DNA of 64,000 nucleotides from Bacteroidota bacterium (GCA_027622005.1 JAQBZH010000001.1:24329-88328), one strand, 5' to 3'. Shown: positions 10,123 through 20,523, counted from the stretch's first letter. Numbers and translations: made by a program. Notes: generated from the sequence alone by a model not told the origin.

Positions 10123-10149
10123 TCTTTCGCGTTTAAAAACCTTACATCT

Positions 10150-11196
10150 GTGTCCGAATTGTCCTCTAAATCGTCCAAGAATGCGTTTCTGAAGCCCACA
10201 TCGTCCGGTTTCAAACCCATCGTCGTATCGGGCATCCAACCTTCCGGCACGTTACATCTGGGTAACTATTTTGGTGCTATCCGGCAGCACGTCGAACTCC
10301 ACGCGGCGGTCGAGTCGTATTTCTTTATAGTTAATTATCACGCCCTGACCTCCCTCAGCGACGCTGAAGCCCTCAAAAGATATTCCGTTGACGTGGCCCT
10401 GGATTACTTGGCGCTCGGATTCGATCCCGAAAAGTCACACCTCTTTTTACAAAGCGACGTGCCGCAGGTGACCGAGCTATCTTGGATTTTTTACACGCTC
10501 ACGCCGGTTTCGCAGTTGGAAAAAGGAGTTTCGTTCAAAGACAAGGTCGCGGCGGGACTTTCGGCTAATGCAGGACTTTTTAACTATCCCATTCTGCAAG
10601 CGGCCGACATTTTGGTCTACGGTGGCACTCTCGTCCCCGTCGGAGCTGACCAGAAACAAAATGTGGAAATTTGTCGGGATCTGGCGGCAAGGTTTAATGA
10701 ACGATTTAGCCCGAATAGCCCGATTTTCCCAGTTCCAGAGGCCTACATCCTCGAGGATGTCGCGGTGGTCCCAGGAGTCGACGGTCGTAAAATGTCGAAA
10801 AGTTATAACAACACGATCGGGATTTTTGACGAGGGGAAAGAATTAAAGCAAAAAGTGATGAGCATCATCACGGATTCCACTCCCCTTGAGGACCCGAAGG
10901 ATCCGGATACCTGCAACGTTTTTGCCCTGATTCGTCTATTTGCTTCGGACTCAAAACGAAATGAAATAGCCGCAGCCTATCGGGCCGGCGGATACGGTTA
11001 TGGCCACGCTAAAAAGGAATTATTGGCGCTGGTAACTGAACATTTCGCTGAGGCCCGGGAAAAACGTCACGAACTATCCAAAAATAAGGACTTCGTGATG
11101 GATGTTCTTCGTGAGGGCGGTCGTAAAGGACGAACTCAAGCTGAGATTTTTATGGAAAAGGTGCGCGCTGCGAGCGGCTTGATAACAACTTATTGA
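10150..11196 (+). CDS. trpS: tryptophan--tRNA ligase
   Basis: 348 aa. Class I signature (SGIQPSGTLHLGNYFGA as the HIGH region, KMSKS present). GTG start. Confidence 0.93.
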   Translation: MSELSSKSSKNAFLKPTSSGFKPIVVSGIQPSGTLHLGNYFGAIRQHVELHAAVESYFFIVNYHALTSLSDAEALKRYSVDVALDYLALGFDPEKSHLFLQSDVPQVTELSWIFYTLTPVSQLEKGVSFKDKVAAGLSANAGLFNYPILQAADILVYGGTLVPVGADQKQNVEICRDLAARFNERFSPNSPIFPVPEAYILEDVAVVPGVDGRKMSKSYNNTIGIFDEGKELKQKVMSIITDSTPLEDPKDPDTCNVFALIRLFASDSKRNEIAAAYRAGGYGYGHAKKELLALVTEHFAEAREKRHELSKNKDFVMDVLREGGRKGRTQAEIFMEKVRAASGLITTY

Positions 11197-11205
11197 AAGC
11201 CGGTC

Positions 11206-11793
11206 ATGATTTTAATTATCGATAATTACGACAGCTTCACGTACAATTTGGTCCACTTGGTGGCTCGAAGCCAAAAAGATATAGTGGTTCGGCGAAATGA
11301 CGAGATTACGGTCGATGAAATTGAATTATTAGATCCGGAGGGAATTCTGATATCTCCGGGCCCGGGCCGGCCAGCAGATGCGGGTGTTACTTGTGAAGTC
11401 ATCCGCACGTTCGGTGGCCGTATCCCCATTTTGGGAGTATGCCTCGGGCATCAAGCTATTGGTGAGGTATATGGGGGGACTGTCACCTACGCTTCAACCT
11501 TAATGCACGGCAAGACGAGCGAAATCCGCCACGATGGACGGGGTCTCTTTGCAGGAGTTTCTGAACCTTGTACAGCCACCAGGTATCACTCATTGGTGGT
11601 GGACCAAGCTACTCTACCGGCTCATCTGTTGGTTACTGCCCGATCAGAAGACGGAACTATTATGGGTCTTCGTCACGCTTCAGATCCGGTTGTAGGAATT
11701 CAATTTCATCCGGAAAGCCTGTTAACCGTAGAGGGGCCCAAGATGATTGAAAACTGGATACGATCCATCCAGGATCCAACCAGAACAACCTAG
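11206..11793 (+). CDS. trpG: anthranilate synthase component II (glutamine amidotransferase)
   Basis: 195 aa. IDNYDSFTYNL, GVCLGHQ catalytic Cys, FHPES. Confidence 0.93.
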   Translation: MILIIDNYDSFTYNLVHLVARSQKDIVVRRNDEITVDEIELLDPEGILISPGPGRPADAGVTCEVIRTFGGRIPILGVCLGHQAIGEVYGGTVTYASTLMHGKTSEIRHDGRGLFAGVSEPCTATRYHSLVVDQATLPAHLLVTARSEDGTIMGLRHASDPVVGIQFHPESLLTVEGPKMIENWIRSIQDPTRTT

Positions 11794-11800
11794 GGCCATT

Positions 11801-12832
11801 ATGTTTGAGATTCTTACCAAACTTGCCGAACATCAACCCTTGAATCGGAGCGATGCAAGCCATGCCATGGAGGTCATGCTCCGCGGCGAAGCTTCACCCG
11901 AACAAATTGCAGCGTTCTTGGTGGGTCTACGGGTAAAGGGCGAATCTGTCGATGTTTTGACTGGCCTTACCGAAACCATGCGGGCCTTTGCAGTACCGAT
12001 TTCCGCGCCAAAACATGCTTTGGATATTGTCGGAACCGGCGGAGATCGGTCGGGCTCATTTAATATCTCGACCACGACCGCGATTGTTTGTGCAGGACTA
12101 GGCGTACCCGTCGCGAAACATGGAAATCGCTCGGTATCGTCGAAATGCGGCTCTTCTGACGTATTGGAGGAATTGGGAATCCACACAGCCTTGGGTCAAA
12201 AAGGTGTCGAACATTGTCTGGAGCACGCCGGAATGGCATTCATTTTTGCTCCCTACTTCCACCCGGCGTTAAAACACGTGATGCCAGTTCGAAAACAGCT
12301 CGGCGTTCGGACTTGCTTTAATATTTTGGGCCCATTGTGCAATCCAGCTGCGGTTAGACGGCACTTAATTGGGGCTTTTTCAGCCGAAATAGCCGAGAGT
12401 ATGGCTCATATTCTGGTGAATCTAGGATCCGATCGCGTCTTTTGTGTCCATGCTCACGACGGCCTCGACGAAATTTCCCTATCGGGCCCGACCACGGTGT
12501 TTTCTTGCCTCGACAAAGGCACAGGGGTTAAGAAATCGACCTTTTCACCGGAAGATGTGGGTTTTAAAACCGCCCCATTGTCCGCCATTCTCGGGGGCGA
12601 TGCAAAAGAAAACGCCGACATTCTGCGCCGCGTATTACAAAATGAACCTGGCCCCAAAACGGACATTGTCGTTTTGAATGCAGCTTTTGCGCTTTTGGCA
12701 GCCGGTCACTCCAATTCACTTGAGGATGGCATCCTCTGGGCACGTGAATCGCTTTCATCGGGAAAAGCAGCCGCTGTGCTTGGCAAGCTTATTGAAGTTA
12801 GCCAACAGGCTGCTCGTTTGGAGGCCAATTAG
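11801..12832 (+). CDS. trpD: anthranilate phosphoribosyltransferase
   Basis: GTGGDRSGSFNISTT and KHGNRS motifs. ATG 11801 (MFEILTKL) was chosen because the longer 11747 start overlaps trpG by 47 nt. Confidence 0.93.
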   Translation: MFEILTKLAEHQPLNRSDASHAMEVMLRGEASPEQIAAFLVGLRVKGESVDVLTGLTETMRAFAVPISAPKHALDIVGTGGDRSGSFNISTTTAIVCAGLGVPVAKHGNRSVSSKCGSSDVLEELGIHTALGQKGVEHCLEHAGMAFIFAPYFHPALKHVMPVRKQLGVRTCFNILGPLCNPAAVRRHLIGAFSAEIAESMAHILVNLGSDRVFCVHAHDGLDEISLSGPTTVFSCLDKGTGVKKSTFSPEDVGFKTAPLSAILGGDAKENADILRRVLQNEPGPKTDIVVLNAAFALLAAGHSNSLEDGILWARESLSSGKAAAVLGKLIEVSQQAARLEAN

Positions 12833-12834
12833 CG

Positions 12835-13620
12835 ATGGCGACCATTTTAGACCAAATTGTAGAGGACACGAAAGGGGTAGTTGCAACTCGAAAACTACAG
12901 ACTTCGATTCGGCACCTCGAACAGTTCGACCACTTTGGCCGGAAATGCCTTTCGCTTGAAGATGCTTTGAGGGCAAACGCTTTCTCCATCATTGCAGAAG
13001 CCAAAAAAGCCTCGCCCTCCAAAGGTATTCTCCGGGACCCATTTGATCCGGTTGAGATAGCTCAATCTTATCAAAAGGCCGGGGCGACCGCCGTATCCGT
13101 TTTGACCGAACCCATCCATTTTATGGGTGATATTGCGTATTTGGCTAGTTGTCGGGCTTTAGTGGACATTCCGCTGCTCCGAAAAGACTTTATCTTTGAC
13201 CCGTACCAAATTGTCGAAGCGAAAGCCTTTGGGGCGGACGCGATCCTACTCATCGCTGCCATATTGTCGAAGAATCAACTGCTGGAATTGCAAGCCGTGG
13301 CTCGTGAACTAGGACTTTCGGTTTTATTAGAGATTTACGAGGAGGAAGAATTGGAACGGATAGATCTTCCTAATACGCCCATCATCGGCGCAAACAGCCG
13401 AAATCTGCACACTTTTGAAGTGGATTTGCATGAAGCCATTCGCATTTTGTCATTGGTACCCGTTGGGTGCCAACGAATTGCAGAAAGCGGGATTCGCTCA
13501 AAAGAGGACGTATTGCTGCTTCAAGACGAGGGTATAAACGGAGCGTTAATAGGCGAATCGTTTATGAGACACCCCAATCCAGGAGATGCATTAGCCTCCT
13601 TTATTTCAGCGATTTCATGA
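12835..13620 (+). CDS. trpC: indole-3-glycerol phosphate synthase
   Basis: 261 aa. IAEAKKASPSKG, LRKDFI and SGI motifs. Confidence 0.93.
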   Translation: MATILDQIVEDTKGVVATRKLQTSIRHLEQFDHFGRKCLSLEDALRANAFSIIAEAKKASPSKGILRDPFDPVEIAQSYQKAGATAVSVLTEPIHFMGDIAYLASCRALVDIPLLRKDFIFDPYQIVEAKAFGADAILLIAAILSKNQLLELQAVARELGLSVLLEIYEEEELERIDLPNTPIIGANSRNLHTFEVDLHEAIRILSLVPVGCQRIAESGIRSKEDVLLLQDEGINGALIGESFMRHPNPGDALASFISAIS

Positions 13621-14270
13621 CGAAAGTAAAAATTTGTGGGATTACGACCCTGGCCGATGCTCGATTCGCATCCGGCGCAGGGGCCGATTTTTTAGGTTTT
13701 ATTCAGGTTCCAAACAGTCCCCGATACATCGCCCCAGACTTAGCTCGGGACATTATCAATTGGGTTTATGGTTCGCAGGCCGTAGGCGTCTTTGCGGGCG
13801 AAGATGCCGAAAGGGTCAATGAGATTTGCGACCAGGCGGGATTTACCTATGCTCAATTGCACGGCAACGAGACGGCTGCGTATTGCGAGTGGATCGACCG
13901 ACCGATCATTAAAGCCATTCGAATCGCGCCCACGGATTCTGCGGCAGCTATTCAACAACAAATAGATTCCTTCGAGGCAGTCGTCGAGTATTTTTTGTTT
14001 GATTCTATGGGGAATACATCAACAAATCCGGCTGATTTTGGGGGAACGGGTAGGACGTTTGATTGGTCGCTCCTAAATCAGCTCGTAATCCCACGACCAT
14101 TCTTTCTTGCTGGCGGACTGAGCGTCGAAAATGCGAAGCAAGCCATTCTCGAAACCGCGCCATTTGCACTTGATGTCTCGTCGGGGGTAGAGGAATCGAA
14201 AGGGGTCAAAGATTTTGCAAAGATAGATGCCTTCATGAAACAGGTTCGAGGCGGGGTTCAACATGGATAA
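13617..14270 (+). CDS. trpF: phosphoribosylanthranilate isomerase
   Basis: [11 protein letters not shown]-terminus. ATG 13617 overlaps the trpC stop (ATGA). The listed 13467 start lies inside trpC. Confidence 0.9.
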   Translation: MTKVKICGITTLADARFASGAGADFLGFIQVPNSPRYIAPDLARDIINWVYGSQAVGVFAGEDAERVNEICDQAGFTYAQLHGNETAAYCEWIDRPIIKAIRIAPTDSAAAIQQQIDSFEAVVEYFLFDSMGNTSTNPADFGGTGRTFDWSLLNQLVIPRPFFLAGGLSVENAKQAILETAPFALDVSSGVEESKGVKDFAKIDAFMKQVRGGVQHG

Positions 14271-15483
14271 TTCTCTGAGCTCGACATCGCTCGGCGCTAG
14301 CTCATATTCCCTACCGGACGAAAGAGGCCGTTTTGGCCCGTACGGGGGCGCATATGTGCCTGAAATTCTGGTCCCAGCCTTAAAGGAATTGATTCGGGGC
14401 TTTTCTGAGGCCTGGCAAGACCCTTCTTTCCAGCTGGATTACCACGATTTGCTTGGGACCTATGTAGGCCGACCGACCGCACTTACGTTTGCAAATCGTC
14501 TGACGGCTAAGCTCGGAGGAGCAAAAATCTATCTCAAACGGGAAGATTTGTGTCATACCGGCGCCCACAAGATTAACAACACGATTGGTCAAATTCTGTT
14601 GGCACGACGGATGGGTAAAACCCGCATTATCGCGGAAACCGGTGCCGGACAGCACGGCGTCGCGACCGCTACCGTGTGCGCGAAGTTCGGGATGCCGTGC
14701 ATAGTGTACATGGGTAGCGAGGACATGGAGCGCCAACAACTCAACGTCATGCGCATGCGACTATTGGGCGCCGAAGTCAGACCCGCTACCAGTGGCAGCA
14801 AAACGTTAAAAGACGCAACCAACGAGGCGATTCGGGATTGGGTGACTAATGTCCGCGACACTTTTTACATTATTGGCTCGGTCGTGGGACCACACCCTTA
14901 TCCGCAGATGGTCCGCACTTTTCACGAGGTAATCGGCTCTGAAGTCAAAAATCAGCTGAAAAAGGCTGAAAACCGACATGCCCCAGACCTTCTCGTGGCC
15001 TGTGTCGGTGGTGGCTCGAATGCGATGGGGCTCTTTGGTCCATTCCTAAACGACCCCAGCGTATCGATGATAGGTGTTGAAGCTGCGGGAGAAGGTCTCG
15101 ATGGTCTCCACGCGGCAACCTTAACGCTGGGGGAACCGGGTGTGCTCCACGGAGCGATGAGCTACCTACTGCAAGATGAGGAGGGGCAAGTGGCCCTAGC
15201 CCACTCCATTTCAGCCGGATTGGACTACCCTGGGGTCGGGCCGGAACACGCCTATCTCAAGGATTCGGGCCGAGTGACTTATGTCACCGCGACGGATACA
15301 GAAGCTATCGAAGGTGTCCGCTTATTGGCCCAAACCGAGGGTATTATTCCTGCGCTCGAGACGGCTCACGCCATCGCGGCCCTCCGTACGCTGGCTCCCA
15401 CCCTGGACCGGAATCAAATCATCGTGGTAAATTGCTCGGGCCGTGGCGATAAGGACATGGGCACCATTTCAGCACATTTGTAG
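14263..15483 (+). CDS. trpB: tryptophan synthase beta chain
   Basis: 406 aa. [12 protein letters not shown]-lysine motif and GGGSNAMG. Confidence 0.96.
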   Translation: MDNSLSSTSLGASSYSLPDERGRFGPYGGAYVPEILVPALKELIRGFSEAWQDPSFQLDYHDLLGTYVGRPTALTFANRLTAKLGGAKIYLKREDLCHTGAHKINNTIGQILLARRMGKTRIIAETGAGQHGVATATVCAKFGMPCIVYMGSEDMERQQLNVMRMRLLGAEVRPATSGSKTLKDATNEAIRDWVTNVRDTFYIIGSVVGPHPYPQMVRTFHEVIGSEVKNQLKKAENRHAPDLLVACVGGGSNAMGLFGPFLNDPSVSMIGVEAAGEGLDGLHAATLTLGEPGVLHGAMSYLLQDEEGQVALAHSISAGLDYPGVGPEHAYLKDSGRVTYVTATDTEAIEGVRLLAQTEGIIPALETAHAIAALRTLAPTLDRNQIIVVNCSGRGDKDMGTISAHL

Positions 15484-15491
15484 ACGACCAT

Positions 15492-16313
15492 ATGTCCTCA
15501 AGACTCGCGAACCATATTCGATTGATATCCGCCCGGGGTGATAAAGCGCTCGGAGTATTTGTTACAAGCGGATTTCCTACACCGCCCGATACTCCGGATA
15601 TATTGCGGGCCATTGACGACGGTGGAGCTGATTTCATTGAGTTGGGAATGCCATTTAGCGATCCTCTCGCTGAGGGATTGCCCATTCAACACTCGAGCGG
15701 GGTGGCCATTGAAGCGGGCATCACCATGAAGCAAACGCTCTTGTTTGCAGCCAATTTCCGTAAGCATTCGGACACCCCTTTGGTCCTTATGGGATACGCC
15801 AATCCCATTGTGAAATACGGCATTAGCAACTTTTTCCGTGATGCCCGATCTAGTGGAGTAGACGGAGTAATTCTCCCTGACGTACCTCCTGAATCTGATT
15901 CGCCATTTTTGTTGGCAGCTGAATTAAATAATGTTGATTTGATTTCACTCATAGCACCCACCACGCCAGAAGATCGAATGGCTTTCATCGATAAACTCTC
16001 GACGGGCTTCGTGTATGCGGTGTCTGTAACCGGAGTGACAGGATCTGACTTAGGATCGAAAGCCCCTATTCAGGCGTATTTAAAAAGAGCTTCGACCGTT
16101 CTTAAGCATAACCCGCTGTTGGTTGGTTTTGGCATTCGAACGAGACAAGATTTCCTTGAAATGGCCGAGTTTACGGATGGAGCCATCATTGGATCAGCGT
16201 TAGTGGGAAAAATCGACGAGCTTTGGGGGCAACCGAAACTCAGTCAACACGACAAATTGAAAGGTGTGAAGGCCTTTATCCACGAATTGAAAACGGGTTC
16301 TCTGAATGCATAG
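15492..16313 (+). CDS. trpA: tryptophan synthase alpha chain
   Basis: 273 aa. ELGMPFSDPLAEG and GFGI motifs. Confidence 0.95.
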   Translation: MSSRLANHIRLISARGDKALGVFVTSGFPTPPDTPDILRAIDDGGADFIELGMPFSDPLAEGLPIQHSSGVAIEAGITMKQTLLFAANFRKHSDTPLVLMGYANPIVKYGISNFFRDARSSGVDGVILPDVPPESDSPFLLAAELNNVDLISLIAPTTPEDRMAFIDKLSTGFVYAVSVTGVTGSDLGSKAPIQAYLKRASTVLKHNPLLVGFGIRTRQDFLEMAEFTDGAIIGSALVGKIDELWGQPKLSQHDKLKGVKAFIHELKTGSLNA

Positions 16314-17457
16314 ATTGTTTATTAGCGCTTCCGGTAGGCAAACCGGTTTGACCTTGCTTACCGTATTGTTATCCGCCTTGGTGTTTTTGAATTTGACTGG
16401 TTGTGAGGCTCTCGAAAACAAGCCTTTTGCAGTGGGTCCAGAGGGCGAAATCATCATCGTAATCGACTCAACCAATTGGAATGGTCCTCTTGGCGAAGCG
16501 ATTCGGACGTATGTTTCTCCTTATTTGGGAACGCTTCCGGCGCCTGAGAAGGAATTCACCCTCCGGCAAGTGTCTATAGTGTCTAAAAAGGTCCTCGATG
16601 GCCTTCAAAAGCAAAAAAATGTCATCTTCGTCGCGCCTCTAATGGACGATACGCCGGAGGCTTCATTCCTAAAATCCCGTTTGGCTGAGGAGGCAGCACT
16701 CGAAATCCAGAATGGTGGAACCACGGTCATTTCTAGACGCGATTTATGGCGGAGTAGTCAGCAAATCGTCTATTTGTTGGGCCAAACACCAGAGTCCCTT
16801 ATTAAACTTTTGACCGAGCGAAGCGAAGATATTCGGTACGCCTTCAATGTGATCACACGCGAGCGGGTCACCCTGGAAATGTTTAAAAAAGGCCGTCAGC
16901 CCAAAATTGAGGCGGCTTTAATGAAGAAACACACTTTTGCAGTCGCCGCTCAACACGACTATTTCGTGGCCATCGATACAACCGATTTTGTCTGGCTTCG
17001 ACGAACGGTCAATTCGGAGTCCTGGAGGAGCATGTTTATTTATTACGTCGACGGCTTTAATCCTGCCAATTTGACTCCTGAATGGATATATGAAGCCCGA
17101 GAGCGATTGACGGAAACCTATATCCGGGGGAATCTTGACGGTTATGTATCGATCGATTTTCGTCGGGAATTGAATACTGAAAACATCGATTTTTTGAGCC
17201 ATTTTGCGTTCGAGACCCGAGGATTGTGGCAAATGGTTGGAAAGGAATCGGACGGCAAGGTGGTCGAATACGGGATGGGCGGACCATTCTTGAACTACAC
17301 GTTTTACGACGAATCTTCGGGTCGTTTGTATATGATTGATGGAATGGTTTTCGCGCCGGGATACGATAAACGTGAGTTTTTACGCCAAATGGAAGTGATT
17401 GCGCACACTTTTCGAACGACCCTACTAGAAAGCGAACTGGAAGTCCCTTCTTCTTAA
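16306..17457 (+). CDS. lipoprotein of unknown function (resembles the Bacteroidota DUF4837-type family)
   Basis: 383 aa. Signal peptide with an LTGC lipobox. The start overlaps the trpA stop by 8 nt. The family assignment is from memory only. Confidence 0.65.
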   Translation: MHRLFISASGRQTGLTLLTVLLSALVFLNLTGCEALENKPFAVGPEGEIIIVIDSTNWNGPLGEAIRTYVSPYLGTLPAPEKEFTLRQVSIVSKKVLDGLQKQKNVIFVAPLMDDTPEASFLKSRLAEEAALEIQNGGTTVISRRDLWRSSQQIVYLLGQTPESLIKLLTERSEDIRYAFNVITRERVTLEMFKKGRQPKIEAALMKKHTFAVAAQHDYFVAIDTTDFVWLRRTVNSESWRSMFIYYVDGFNPANLTPEWIYEARERLTETYIRGNLDGYVSIDFRRELNTENIDFLSHFAFETRGLWQMVGKESDGKVVEYGMGGPFLNYTFYDESSGRLYMIDGMVFAPGYDKREFLRQMEVIAHTFRTTLLESELEVPSS

Positions 17458-17517
17458 CTCGCATCCGTCTAAAGGAACTTGCCTTTGAGGTAATTTACCT
17501 CTTAACCATTTGATGCT

Positions 17518-17883
17518 ATGATCAAGTTATCGGGAGTCAATCTTATTTTTCTGATGATGGTTTTTTGGACGGCGGCATGCTCCCCTCCACCGGAAGAAAT
17601 GTCCTTGGTTTTGGACGCGTCTGACTCGCTTTTAGTAAACGTCCTCATCGATTTGCACGAAGTGGACGCAGGCCTTTTTACCTCGGCCAAAAATAACGCA
17701 GTGACCACCGGGCAGCCTTTATCTCTTTCGTTTACCGATACAAGTTTACGGGATTCGGTTCTGCGGAGCCATGACATGAGCAATGACGAGTTCAACGAGC
17801 TGATTGAAGCTCGTCTGGCCGCTCCGGAACGATTTCTCCTCGTGTACAATCAAGTTTTAGATCAGTCTGCCGCTAATCAGTAG
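17518..17883 (+). CDS. small lipoprotein of unknown function (DUF4296-like)
   Basis: 121 aa. Signal peptide plus AAC lipobox. Confidence 0.55.
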   Translation: MIKLSGVNLIFLMMVFWTAACSPPPEEMSLVLDASDSLLVNVLIDLHEVDAGLFTSAKNNAVTTGQPLSLSFTDTSLRDSVLRSHDMSNDEFNELIEARLAAPERFLLVYNQVLDQSAANQ

Positions 17884-19148
17884 GCGGCCGGCAGATATCG
17901 CAGTTTCCGCATCTAGGCGGAGCAGATTCTCCAAAATAGCCCAATATTGCCCATCTACGGCACATTTCTCGATCTGTATAGCGCTTTAGAAACGCAAAGA
18001 GTTTTTTGTCCCTGCGCCTGGCCGCCCATGTTCGCCATCCTTTTTTGTTTTCAATAAGGGACATCCTGGAATTCACGGCGTCGGGTGTTACAATTAAATG
18101 GGCCGTCCCGGCCGGCCCGACCAGCTTCCTGATAATAAGCTTCCATCGCAGAAGGCACTCCGACATGTATAACCGATCGAACGTCCGGACGATCAATCCC
18201 CATTCCAAAAGCATTGGTTGCCACGATAACTCTAACTTTTTTGCGCATCCATGCATTCTGCGCCGTTTGGCGGTCCTCTTCTGACATCCCGGCATGATAC
18301 CCCACCGCCGAAATCCCTGCTAACCGCAGTTTTTCCGACCACACTTCGACCCCCTCTCTGGTGGAGTCGTAAATGACCACGGCGCCCTTCTCGCGGCCCA
18401 AATGGAAGAGGACCTCCCTCCTGGCATCGACCTGCCGAAGAACACTAAATCGAAGGTTGGGGCGATCAAAGGATCCTTTTATAATGGATGGATTCCGAAG
18501 ATGTAGATTTTTGACAATGTCACGTGAGGTTCGAGGCGTTGCCGTAGCGGTCACCGCGCAAACGCGTACATCCGGAAGAAGGAGTCGTACATCAGCAATT
18601 CTTCTATATTCGGGCCTGAAATCGTGCCCCCACGAACTGATACAATGGGCTTCGTCGACCGCCAAGAGGCGAATCAAACCGGTCTCCATCAATTTTCGAA
18701 TTTGTTGACCCTTTAGTCGTTCGGGAGCCGCATAAATAAAAAAGAATTCGGATTGGCGAATTCGGTTAAGCACGTGAGCGAAAACGGCGGGTTCGACATA
18801 ACCAGTCATGGAAAATGCTCCGATGCCACGACTCATTAAGGCACTGACCTGGTCATGCATGAGCGAAATCAGAGGTGACACGACTAGCGTAACGCCTCCC
18901 AATATGATTCCCGGCACCTGATAACAAATCGATTTCCCACCACCCGTTGGCAGCAGTGCCAACGTATCTTTGCCCTGGAGAATCGATTCAATTACTTCCA
19001 ATTGATTAGCCCTGAAGGCATCGTAGCCCCAAAAACGGGACAAAACGAGCAGGGCTTTATCTCCAAGCTCTAACTCGGTCGAGGATTTGCCGGGCGATTT
19101 GGGTCGTTGAGAACTCATCGACATGTACTGTGATATGCGCTTGCTCAT
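17873..19148 (-). pseudogene. recQ: RecQ-family DNA helicase interrupted by a frameshift and lacking WH/HRDC domains
   Basis: ORF 18051..19148 carries helicase motifs (LPTGGGKS, DEAHCISSWGHDFRPEY, QEAGRAGRDG). The RecQ zinc-binding region (CRRWAILGYFGE...CGNCDIC) continues in another frame, in ORF 17873..18295. The frames switch at about 18095-18112. Confidence 0.75.
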
Positions 19149-19602
19149 AAAACGCCTTCCTCTCTGCCATCATCGTCGCGACTCGATTTTCAAGCTCCGC
19201 GCCGAGAAGCATTTTTCCTTCGTTATCGAACAGCTTCGGCCGAACCCCCCGAGAACGACTTAACCTTTGGGCCAAAAATGAAGGAGAAGACTTGAGATAT
19301 ATCACCAGACCCGTATCGAGGCATAAATCCAACAACTTTTGATTGCAAATAGCCCCCCCGCCGAGCGACACCACCAAGGAACGCGTTTCAGATGCTTTTA
19401 TCAGCAACCGCGCCTCGGTTTCTCGAAAAGCGGGTTCACCCAAAAGTTCAAAAATAGCTGGAATCGAGAGCCCGAGATGGGCACTGATTTCCTTATCTAA
19501 ATCCATAGAGGCGAATCCCGCGAATTTTGCAACGCGCGGTGCAATCGTAGATTTCCCTACTCCCATGAAACCCGCGATATAAATTCGATGTACGGGAGGC
19601 AT
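19057..19602 (-). CDS. aroK: shikimate kinase
   Basis: 181 aa. GFMGVGKST P-loop, DLD and GGG motifs. Confidence 0.9.
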   Translation of the reverse strand: MPPVHRIYIAGFMGVGKSTIAPRVAKFAGFASMDLDKEISAHLGLSIPAIFELLGEPAFRETEARLLIKASETRSLVVSLGGGAICNQKLLDLCLDTGLVIYLKSSPSFLAQRLSRSRGVRPKLFDNEGKMLLGAELENRVATMMAERKAFYEQAHITVHVDEFSTTQIARQILDRVRAWR

Positions 19603-19651
19603 TGATTCCCCATGAATTGATTTTTCGATTCTAAAGTTAAGAAGATGTTGT

Positions 19652-20389
19652 TTGGCGACCTACCGCTTAGATATTGAATATGATGGCACCGAGTGGCACG
19701 GTTGGCAGTTTCAGCCTGACCTGCCGACGGTTCAAGGCGCTTTGGAATCAGCGTTTGAGGTGGCCATGCGTAGAAGCACTACGATTATTGGCTCCGGAAG
19801 AACCGATGCCGGGGTTCATGCAACCGGCCAAGTGGCCCATTTTTGTGATGATGAACCGATCGATACCGATAGGTTATTGAGTGCCCTTAACGGAATAATT
19901 CCGCCTTCGATTGCCGTTCGATCGATCTCGCAGACTCACGATTCATTCCATGCTCGTTACGACGCAAAAAAGCGACAATATCGATATCGGATCTCAACGC
20001 AGTCCATTGCGCTTGATCGCCATATTCGGTGGTTTGTGCGTCCTGAACCCGACTTTGACGCCATGAATCGGGCAGCTGGCCTATTGTTGGGCTCCCATAA
20101 TTATTCCGCCTTTTGCCGAGTGTTGTCTGAAACGGAAAATCGAGTTTGTGCAGTTTCCGAGGCCGCGTGGATTCCGGTACCCGAAAAAGAAGGTAGCTTT
20201 GATTTTGTAATCTGCGCCGACCGCTTCCTGCACGGCATGGTTAGATCGATTGTAGGAACTCTAGTGGAAGTGGGGAAAGGAAAACGTGCTTCGGATACTA
20301 TTCCCGCCCTGCTGTTGTCAGAAGACCGAACCCAGGCTGGATTCGCTGCGCCTGCACACGGATTGACGTTGGAACAGGTTTGGTACTAA
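19652..20389 (+). CDS. truA: tRNA pseudouridine(38-40) synthase
   Basis: 245 aa. YDGT.WHGWQ and GSGRTDAGVHA catalytic-Asp motif. Confidence 0.93.
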   Translation: MATYRLDIEYDGTEWHGWQFQPDLPTVQGALESAFEVAMRRSTTIIGSGRTDAGVHATGQVAHFCDDEPIDTDRLLSALNGIIPPSIAVRSISQTHDSFHARYDAKKRQYRYRISTQSIALDRHIRWFVRPEPDFDAMNRAAGLLLGSHNYSAFCRVLSETENRVCAVSEAAWIPVPEKEGSFDFVICADRFLHGMVRSIVGTLVEVGKGKRASDTIPALLLSEDRTQAGFAAPAHGLTLEQVWY

Positions 20390-20523
20390 TTGAAAGCCGT
20401 GCCGCCTTTCCCATCATGCCATTGTCGGGCTTAAATCCCCACAGCGCGCAACCGGAACGTGTGCCGCGAGGCAATAATTTAACCCCTCGGAGCCAAGCTC
20501 TCGTTCCTTCGTTTCAAACCGAT

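Noticed and set aside
11747-11800. Extended N-terminus of trpD from the ORF track
   Set aside because: It would overlap trpG by 47 nt. An ATG at 11801, immediately after the trpG stop, gives the conserved TrpD N-terminus.
13467-13616. Extended N-terminus of trpF from the ORF track
   Set aside because: It lies in an alternative frame of trpC. The conserved [10 protein letters not shown] start at 13617 overlaps the trpC stop in the usual ATGA arrangement.
20380-20523. Extended N-terminus of the Kelch-like protein
   Set aside because: The internal Met at 20524 is followed by a textbook lipoprotein signal peptide. The upstream 48 codons overlap truA and look non-coding.
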